Assembly: GCA_016873735.1 (NCBI GenBank) | Contig: VGWD01000003.1 | Coordinates: 36,207-100,206, forward strand | Source of the DNA: Ignavibacteria bacterium | GTDB taxonomy: Bacteria; Bacteroidota; Ignavibacteria; Kapaibacteriales; UBA961 | DNA: 64,000 nucleotides | Direction of reading: 5' to 3' | In this document: piece after piece, positions 58,501 to 64,000 of the stretch | Layout: every line of letters starts with the position of its first letter | Numbering within the stretch: position 1 is the stretch's first letter | Notes under the pieces: model-generated | Told to the model about the DNA's origin: nothing | What the model saw: the letters and a program-made list of their open reading frames with translations, nothing else | Database searches by the model: none | Position numbers and translations under genes: made by a program

Positions 58501-59580
58501 GATACAATTGTTTGTAAAAACTCTACAATTGTTTTGAAATTATTTCCATCATCCAATGTCAATGTTACAGGAGATTGCAATGTTCTTTCTACTTTCAATG
58601 ATTCACTCATCATTCTTCCAAAATCTTCTGGAATGATCTTTGTCAACGGAGATAGGAATGGTTGCCAATCAGTTGATTCGGTCTATGTTCAAGTACAAGA
58701 TATTCCACTTGTTACACTTCCGGTCGATACTGTGATTTGTAAAGGTAATGATATTGAATTGAATGCAAAAGGTGGGCTACAATACCTTTGGGAAAGCAAT
58801 GAGGCATTTGAAACACTGTCGAATGATAAAATCATCTTCAGAAAAGCATCGAAGACTATAAATGTCAAATTGATAGGTTCCAATGGTCTATGCTCTGCTA
58901 CAGATGAAATGTCGATCATTGTCAAAGATCCTTTGAATATACCGATAGCACTTACCTATTCAGGAGAAATGATTCCAGGTATTCGCTTTCCAATTATGCT
59001 GAATATACCTTCATACTCTTTTAACATAAGGCTGGCCATAGAATATGACTCCACTTCCGGTATCATTGAATCACATAGTATAAAATCTGGTTCTGTTATT
59101 GCAAAACAACTTCCATCACGGATCGGAGAATATCTACTTGAAATTGATAATACAAAGCAAGAGAGTGGTTTGATTGAATTACAACTCAATCCTTTATTAC
59201 CACATGATGTAATAACATCAAATACTTACAGACTGAAACTTGCAACAATGGATATGAATTGCGCCGAGGTACAATTACAAGATTGCACAATTCCTTATAT
59301 GCCCAGTTGTGCTTGGGCATATAGGCCGGTGAATGCTCTTCCAATGTATCAATGTATTGTGATAGATGATATGATTAATCTCCGTGCTCCTTTTAATGAA
59401 ACACTTCATTGCAGAATATCTACCATTGACGGAAGGACAATACATGATGAGCATATAAGCATGCATTCGGGAGAACAATATGTTGTAAAACTTCCGCCAA
59501 TGAATATTGGTATGTATGCTATCTCAATACACGGTCAATATTGGAATCAGATATTTTTGTACCCTAAAACAGATAAATAG
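55531..59580 (+). CDS. giant secreted surface protein: N-terminal YVTN-like beta-propeller region, about 10 tandem Ig-like (SprB/PKD-like) repeats, T9SS-type C-terminal tail
   Basis: Signal peptide MVQLFIAIFLICFSSLLGQ (ATG 55531; the ORF-track start at 55507 is TTG). Repeated blocks of about 76 aa each contain C.G....L.A.G...Y.W.P...LS......P......TTY.V......GC...D.V.V.V. The C-terminus (...STIDGRTIHDEHISMHSGEQYVVKLPPMNIGMYAISIHG) is CTD-like. Confidence 0.75.
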   Translation: MVQLFIAIFLICFSSLLGQQTPNQTWYFGKFGGLRFNNAVATPITGKLDTWEGCAVHSDPATGNPLLYSDGRKLYQADGTVVPGGDAIKSGISSTQCCIFIPDPANPQRVYLFTAPDLTGIGATETKSFYSHISLEAAPSMLLTNAVLQDNMSEKIAGTYHCADNTYWVLYHHKSQSRILAYKVSAGGVSTNPVISTYSNLNNFYNVGAMKVSPDGSKLVVVSEADGNSYLQTIVLFDFNLQTGQATNPKFIAKNKCYGNYGAAFSPNNNKLYTSGTLDKQRSSESALFQFDLSQNNEAAIAASMWTLPLGTRKLFGLQLGPDGKIYAISDVPSHLDVINKPNMSGPDIGYSINVLNHLGRTVLGLPSVIDYNIAVSSDSVLACPSSGITIGPASLPGYTYSWTPSVGLSNPMIAKPIAKPTQPTTYTVFVTNPFGCQIKQQYHVSLLPPVSVTYEVPTSICKGGKVQLKAFGASRYSWFPSYGLSSTTISNPIASPDSTTTYFLVASNNVCSDTIPIRVDVVPFPIADAGLDKVTCPGGSVEIGSKPKSGYTYVWSPQQYVSNANLSKTIASPPTNNFPFIVKVTNEYGCIAYDTVLVRIENTLTATTSADTTICRGDALQLRAFGGSTYRWFQGSNISDTTSSSPLVRPEKNTLYGVIVSSGLCIDTAFVTVNVVDAVVADAGKDQSTCPGESLNLGTGFQNGATYSWSPTTFLSNPNSATPVCTPTFSTQYVLTITSSSGCTSRDTITVTVADNLEIALPADTSTCPGKPIRIKASGGQTYRWYPPIGIDDTLSPQPTFSPDQTTTYYVEAKNGNCSGSDSITIRILPLPALDAGQNLAICKGDSVLLKATGATSYSWFISQFGDLGTGDQITIQPNTSTLYYVRGSNGACEVLDSVFVTLKSQPKISVIGDTLICLGKTAALKATGADTYEWIDHPSILSKNGDQSLVQPSVDTYFSFKGIKDGCPSIIDSILVKVQKQLPIIRSSDTIVCKNSTIVLKLFPSSNVNVTGDCNVLSTFNDSLIILPKSSGMIFVNGDRNGCQSVDSVYVQVQDIPLVTLPVDTVICKGNDIELNAKGGLQYLWESNEAFETLSNDKIIFRKASKTINVKLIGSNGLCSATDEMSIIVKDPLNIPIALTYSGEMIPGIRFPIMLNIPSYSFNIRLAIEYDSTSGIIESHSIKSGSVIAKQLPSRIGEYLLEIDNTKQESGLIELQLNPLLPHDVITSNTYRLKLATMDMNCAEVQLQDCTIPYMPSCAWAYRPVNALPMYQCIVIDDMINLRAPFNETLHCRISTIDGRTIHDEHISMHSGEQYVVKLPPMNIGMYAISIHGQYWNQIFLYPKTDK
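56674..58933 (+). repeat. about 10 tandem degenerate ~228-nt coding repeats (Ig-like domain array) inside the giant surface protein gene
   Basis: Repeat units were recognised at protein level (residues about 390-1142 of the ORF). They are diverged at DNA level, with no long identical stretches seen. Confidence 0.55.
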
Positions 59581-59614
59581 AACATTGTCGTATCTGTAAT
59601 CACCACAGTATTCA

Positions 59615-60847
59615 ATGACACCAGACATTCAGAGACTAATAATTTTCTTATCCGTGCTTATTGCCATTCAAGTTGGGATAGATTATTATCTCTTCAGAAC
59701 AATAAAGAAGTATGAACTAATGTACGGGACTTGGGTTCCAAAACTGTTGAACCTGTACAAACCCATGGCAATTATCATGCTCTTGGTTTTGATTGTGACA
59801 ACAACCGAACGCCTGATGACAGGAAGTAATGCTCTATCCGGGAGGGGGTCACAAATTGCAATTGCCATATGGTATCTACCTAAATACCCTATTGCTTTGA
59901 TTTTGTCTTTTTACACAGCTATAAAAGCAATAACAACATTTTTTCAATCCAGAATACATTCGAGTAACTTAAACGTCACAAATGTTGATGAAAAAAGACG
60001 AAAGGTTATTCACTCAATAGGTGTTGGCCTTGCATCAGTACCGTTCATAGGAACAGCTCAAGGGGTCCTACATACGATTTATGATATCGAAATCCGAACA
60101 TTGGAATTGATTATTCCACGACTATCGACAGTGTTTAATGGATATAAGGTCATACAAATATCCGATATTCATACCGGATCATTATTTGGTACAAAGTTCA
60201 TTGAAGAAGTTATTCAATCAATCAATCAATTATCACCCGATATCATAGCAATTACAGGTGACTTTGTAAACTTCGACCCACTTGAATTTGAACCATATGT
60301 AGCATTGTTCTCACAATTACAAGCAAAGCATGGGGTATATGGATCATTAGGTAATCATGATCACTATATGACAAATGATAAGCATATAAAACTTCAATCA
60401 TTGATATGCAAATCAAAGATAGATTTATTGGTGAATGAAGCGAGAACTATAACAGTAAATGGAGCTGATCTAATCATTGCAGGTACAGATAATACAGGGT
60501 TCAATCAACGCTTCGGAGATCTAGACAAGACTTTCCTTAATGTACCTAAGGATGCTCCTGCAATTTTAATGGCGCATGACCCAACATATTGGAATATGCA
60601 GATCGCAGATACACAAGTAGTTGACCTTACTTTGTCCGGACATACCCATGGAGGACAAATAGGTATTGAACTTTTGGGGTCATCTTATAGTCCTGCACAA
60701 TTTGTCTATCAACATTGGGCTGGATTATATGAAGCAAAAGGCAGTTATTTATATGTAAATCGCGGGATAGGAACTGTTGGACCACCTATTAGAATAGGTA
60801 TGAGACCGGAAATAACCGTTATTACATTGCGTGCTCCCGTAGCTTGA
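59615..60847 (+). CDS. membrane-anchored metallophosphoesterase (calcineurin-like, YkuE/YaeI-type)
   Basis: Four N-terminal TM helices, then the phosphoesterase motifs DIHTG, GDFVNF, LGNHDHY and GHTHGG. Confidence 0.75.
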   Translation: MTPDIQRLIIFLSVLIAIQVGIDYYLFRTIKKYELMYGTWVPKLLNLYKPMAIIMLLVLIVTTTERLMTGSNALSGRGSQIAIAIWYLPKYPIALILSFYTAIKAITTFFQSRIHSSNLNVTNVDEKRRKVIHSIGVGLASVPFIGTAQGVLHTIYDIEIRTLELIIPRLSTVFNGYKVIQISDIHTGSLFGTKFIEEVIQSINQLSPDIIAITGDFVNFDPLEFEPYVALFSQLQAKHGVYGSLGNHDHYMTNDKHIKLQSLICKSKIDLLVNEARTITVNGADLIIAGTDNTGFNQRFGDLDKTFLNVPKDAPAILMAHDPTYWNMQIADTQVVDLTLSGHTHGGQIGIELLGSSYSPAQFVYQHWAGLYEAKGSYLYVNRGIGTVGPPIRIGMRPEITVITLRAPVA

Positions 60848-60931
60848 TTGGATTTGAAATGTGAATAAATTCAATGGAATCTATGCCGCAAACTGACTAA
60901 ATTTACTTTAAATACTCACATAAATCTCTAC

Positions 60932-61732
60932 ATGATGCGCTCCATTTTAGTTATACTTACACTCTTTGTTTGTTCAACCCAAATTGCACTGTCCCAACAG
61001 TATAAATTACTCCAAACCGAATTGTATGGAATGCAGGTATATGGTGGTTTTTTATCTACATCATATGCTGCTGATTTCACGGATTTTTCCGGGACAGTTT
61101 CTTGTGACAAATTTACCAGTGGTCTTGGTAATGGGTTAACTGCCGGCTTTCAATTCGAACTTCCCGTATCGAATGCAATTTCAGTGGTTGGTGGACTTGG
61201 TTTTCATGATAGAAGTGGAACACTTCAAACAAATTCATCATTTCCCATTCGATATACTTCAAACTCGAATGGATTTGCACAAGTTGTCATGGAGCAATCC
61301 ATTGCCACTTCAATGAAGTTTCTTGAATCCCAATTTGATGTCCGATACATAGTACTAGAGCGATACTCATATGCGATAAGAGTATTGGGGGGTATTAGAA
61401 TCGGTTTCCCAATAAATGGTAGCTTTACTCAACAAGCCACAATTATTAGTCCGGATAATGCCGGATTCATTGTAAATAATCAAGTGGTTCAACAAAGAAC
61501 ATTGTCATCCGGTGACATTACTTCATTTGCAGGATTGCAAGCCGGTGGCGTGGTTGGATTAGAACCAATGATAAGGATTTCCCCTTCCATGCATTTGACC
61601 GGTTCTATACAATATGATATCCCATTCTCTTCTGCTTTTAACGATGTAAATCTAAACATTGCGGGACTCAGAGCTCAATGTGGTATCCGATATTCAATAC
61701 GGACATTTGCTCCAAGCCCACTTACCCCTTAA
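60932..61732 (+). CDS. outer-membrane beta-barrel protein (hypothetical)
   Basis: Signal peptide MMRSILVILTLFVCSTQIALSQQ, then alternating hydrophobic/polar beta-strand periodicity with an aromatic C-terminal strand. The family is not identified. Confidence 0.5.
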   Translation: MMRSILVILTLFVCSTQIALSQQYKLLQTELYGMQVYGGFLSTSYAADFTDFSGTVSCDKFTSGLGNGLTAGFQFELPVSNAISVVGGLGFHDRSGTLQTNSSFPIRYTSNSNGFAQVVMEQSIATSMKFLESQFDVRYIVLERYSYAIRVLGGIRIGFPINGSFTQQATIISPDNAGFIVNNQVVQQRTLSSGDITSFAGLQAGGVVGLEPMIRISPSMHLTGSIQYDIPFSSAFNDVNLNIAGLRAQCGIRYSIRTFAPSPLTP

Positions 61733-61735
61733 TAT

Positions 61736-62167
61736 TCATTCTTCGCTACATCTTTTACCACCTGCGATAGAAATGATCTCATCATCATAATGATCTGCTA
61801 TCACTGCAACAGATTGAATGCTCGTTATGATTTCATTTTCATCAGCATTGATTCCAGCAATCGAATGAGCAAAGCAAATCGTGTCATCAAACAACAATGA
61901 AAATGCCCCAAAATGAAGTTCTGCATTTTTTCTCATGAGAAATCGTAACAATTCTTCATTGACTTGAGCTCCTGACACTAGCGTAGCCATACATTCGATG
62001 CATGTATCAGAATCTGTAAAGGGTCTGACAATTATCATGAGACGAGAAGAACCAGCATCGATTGAATAAGAACCTTCGCCAAAATTAATATGGTCAGGAT
62101 AATGTGCATTCAGTACTTGCTCAACTTTTTGTTTGGTGATATCAATGAAATGTTCAGGAGTATGCAT
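61736..62167 (-). CDS. YbjN-domain-like protein (putative sensory-transduction regulator / chaperone-like fold)
   Basis: About 143 aa acidic protein directly downstream of pspA. The assignment rests on size, composition and the known PspA-YbjN neighbourhood. No strict motif. Confidence 0.4.
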   Translation of the reverse strand: MHTPEHFIDITKQKVEQVLNAHYPDHINFGEGSYSIDAGSSRLMIIVRPFTDSDTCIECMATLVSGAQVNEELLRFLMRKNAELHFGAFSLLFDDTICFAHSIAGINADENEIITSIQSVAVIADHYDDEIISIAGGKRCSEE

Positions 62168-62176
62168 GATAAATCC

Positions 62177-62881
62177 TTATTGTTGATGTGGTGGAAGTGC
62201 ATCTCTGCTTGCTGAAGGCAATTTGCCCATAGAAGCCTTTAATTCCAATAATTGTTGTTCAACCTGTGAAGATGAGGATAGTTTTTTAAACTCATCGTCT
62301 AAACTGGTAGATGATCCACCCAATTGTTCAAATGCCTCTGCTTCTGATTCGAGTGTTTCTATTTTAGCTTCGAATTTGTCAAATTTCGAAAATGCATCAG
62401 AACCAACACCGCTAAAGGTTTGGGCAATCTGCTTCTGCGCTTTTGCTGCTTGTGAACGTGCTACTAGCGTCCCTTGTCTTCCACGAGCTTCATCTAGTTT
62501 TGCCTTCAATGCATCCAATTGTGTTTTCAATTTTTCTGATGTAGATTTAGCTGTAATATAAAGCGGCTCCAAATCAATGATGTTTTTGTCATGCACAGCT
62601 TTCTTTTCCAAAGCGGCACGAGCCAAATCTTCCCTACCGGCAGTTACCGCTTGTTGGGCTTTGAACAGCCATTCAGCAGATTCACTTTTTGCCTTTTCAA
62701 TCTTTCTATACAATGACTTTTCATGTGCCATGGAATTCGCAACGGCCAATGTAGCTTTATTCACTGATTCTTCCATCTCCAAGACCATTTGCTTAAGCAT
62801 TTTTTCAGGATCTTCTGCTTTGTCTAAGGTATCATTGACATTAGCTTTGAATACATCGGCTATTCTAGAAAATATACTCAT
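62177..62881 (-). CDS. pspA: PspA/IM30 family protein (phage shock protein A / Vipp1-like)
   Basis: N-terminus MSIFSRIADVFKANVNDTLDKAEDPEKMLKQMVLEMEE is canonical PspA. The rest is coiled coil. The start is at the ATG at 62881 (the ORF track adds two residues). Confidence 0.8.
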   Translation of the reverse strand: MSIFSRIADVFKANVNDTLDKAEDPEKMLKQMVLEMEESVNKATLAVANSMAHEKSLYRKIEKAKSESAEWLFKAQQAVTAGREDLARAALEKKAVHDKNIIDLEPLYITAKSTSEKLKTQLDALKAKLDEARGRQGTLVARSQAAKAQKQIAQTFSGVGSDAFSKFDKFEAKIETLESEAEAFEQLGGSSTSLDDEFKKLSSSSQVEQQLLELKASMGKLPSASRDALPPHQQ

Positions 62882-63007
62882 AAACACTCCATATTATCAA
62901 TTATGTATACTGTAAAATAACGGATTATTATTGGTTTTTTGGCTGACATTAACGTATAGAGGGATAACTTAGTAAATTTGCAAGTCATTAATCAAGAGAA
63001 TACATCC

Positions 63008-63604
63008 ATGAGTCTTCAGTCTGAGGCCATAGAAGCTGTTGTGGAACACTTTGCTTCCCTGCCATCCATTGGAAGAAAAACAGCTCAAAGACTGGCTTTC
63101 TTCCTTTTAAGACAATCTGAAGAATATATTCGTTCCTTTAGTGCATCCCTGATACACATGAAGGAGACAGTAAAATCTTGTTCAATTTGTTTTACATATA
63201 CCGAGCAGGATCCATGTCCGATTTGTTCTTCTCCTAAAAGAGATCGATCCCTTATTTGCGTGGTTGAACAGCCGACAGATGTACTAATTATTGAAAGGAT
63301 GAGTGAATTTAAGGGATTATTCCATGTAATTCACGGTAATATCAATCCATTGGAAGGAATTAGCCCGGATGACCTTAAGATTAGAGAATTGATTTCCCGT
63401 TTAAATACCGATGTAAAAGAGGTGATACTTGCTTTAAATCCAACAGTAGAAGGTGAGGTCACAATGCAATACCTTGCACGAATGATCAAACCGCTTGATA
63501 TTACTGTGAGTAGACCTGCAAGAGGTATACCAATAGGTAGTGAATTGGAGTATACAGATGAAGCAACGCTTTCTAAAGCTTTGGAATCAAGAATTACAAT
63601 GTAA
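63008..63604 (+). CDS. recR: recombination protein RecR
   Basis: N-terminal helix-hairpin-helix region (LPSIGRKTAQRLAFFLL), a C4 zinc finger (CSICFTYTEQDPCPICS) and a Toprim domain. The start is taken at MSLQSEAIE (ATG 63008). Confidence 0.85.
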   Translation: MSLQSEAIEAVVEHFASLPSIGRKTAQRLAFFLLRQSEEYIRSFSASLIHMKETVKSCSICFTYTEQDPCPICSSPKRDRSLICVVEQPTDVLIIERMSEFKGLFHVIHGNINPLEGISPDDLKIRELISRLNTDVKEVILALNPTVEGEVTMQYLARMIKPLDITVSRPARGIPIGSELEYTDEATLSKALESRITM

Positions 63605-63623
63605 TGTCATTGTATCGAATATA

Positions 63624-64000
63624 TTGATCCTGATTCTTTGGGGTTGTATGTCATGCTCATTGCTGGATACAAGATCACCGGAACCTCCCGGAAATGCAGT
63701 GCAGTATGATCCTGCTTTCGATTATCAAACTGTTTTGGTCAATTTAAAAAAATCTATACAGTTTAAAGATCCAACAGGATATGTACGGTGTTTATCCGAT
63801 ACACTTGAACAAAATGCTCAACTATTTGTATTTGAACCGAGCATTGAAGTATTGACCAGATACTCAGGATTATTTCAACAATGGTCAATCAATCAAGAAC
63901 GAGCCTATTTTCAAAATGTCCTATCCAAAATACCAAAAGATGCAATAACTGAATTGAAGTTGAATAATACAGTGTTTGATGGCATTACACCGGATTCAGT
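63624..64000 (+). CDS. putative lipoprotein, 3' partial (continues past the window end)
   Basis: The frame is open from TTG 63624 (or ATG 63648) to the window end. The lipobox-like ILWGCMSCS is followed by a soluble domain. The start codon is uncertain. Confidence 0.35.
   Translation, partial: MILILWGCMSCSLLDTRSPEPPGNAVQYDPAFDYQTVLVNLKKSIQFKDPTGYVRCLSDTLEQNAQLFVFEPSIEVLTRYSGLFQQWSINQERAYFQNVLSKIPKDAITELKLNNTVFDGITPDS

Noticed and set aside
1-64000. CRISPR array, rRNA, insertion sequences, integrases or phage genes
   Set aside because: No direct-repeat/spacer periodicity, no transposase- or integrase-like ORFs and no rRNA-like stretches were seen. The window looks like core chromosome.

Overview
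This is a gene-dense, AT-rich bacterial chromosomal segment. GC is roughly 38-40 % judged by eye, not computed. The content is mostly housekeeping. Three different large secreted proteins carry C-terminal type IX secretion (T9SS) sorting-like domains. Together with Bacteroidota-style -7 promoter boxes (TAnnTTTG) this points to a member of the Fibrobacteres-Chlorobi-Bacteroidetes (FCB) group.

Identified genes, in order:
- The distal part of a pst phosphate-uptake operon (pstS, pstC, pstA, minus strand).
- A translationally coupled lipid A cluster: lpxB, a DUF374 acyltransferase, lpxK, a peptidase C26-type glutamine amidotransferase, and a BNR-repeat T9SS cargo protein.
- Two TPR lipoproteins, a DUF3592 protein, mpl, trhO, mgtE, an ABC-F ATPase, an HI0933-family flavoprotein and tRNA-Thr(CGU).
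- An alpha/beta-hydrolase, a lipoprotein of the endonuclease/exonuclease/phosphatase family, and proline dehydrogenase.
- Two tandem paralogous metzincin-type zinc proteases with T9SS C-terminal domains.
- A 7TM-GAF-PP2C sensor phosphatase divergent from a Wzz / unknown transferase-like / Wzx polysaccharide module.
- A lone PBP2, a lone solute-binding protein, and a PorQ/PorV-like outer-membrane protein.
- parAB, a CDGSH protein, argS (with an apparent frameshift), rsfS, gpmA, an enoyl-CoA hydratase, nupC, an epimerase, def, a PfkB kinase and ileS.
- A histone-H1-like Lys/Ala repeat protein followed by a DksA/TraR-like zinc-finger ORF, then lspA and an RluA-family pseudouridine synthase.
- A 1350-aa repetitive surface protein, a membrane metallophosphoesterase, an outer-membrane barrel protein, a YbjN-like protein, pspA and recR.

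No CRISPR array, rRNA, transposase or integrase was seen.

The most unusual observation is at the end of the H1-like gene. A dnaX-type slippery heptamer (A AAA AAG) sits directly before its stop codon. The -1 frame then runs open for about 345 codons, through an SPKK-rich tail into the DksA-like domain. This is either a programmed -1 frameshift or a homopolymer indel. A second homopolymer-associated frameshift splits argS.

All product calls rest on motif-level recognition of the supplied translations. No database search was possible.
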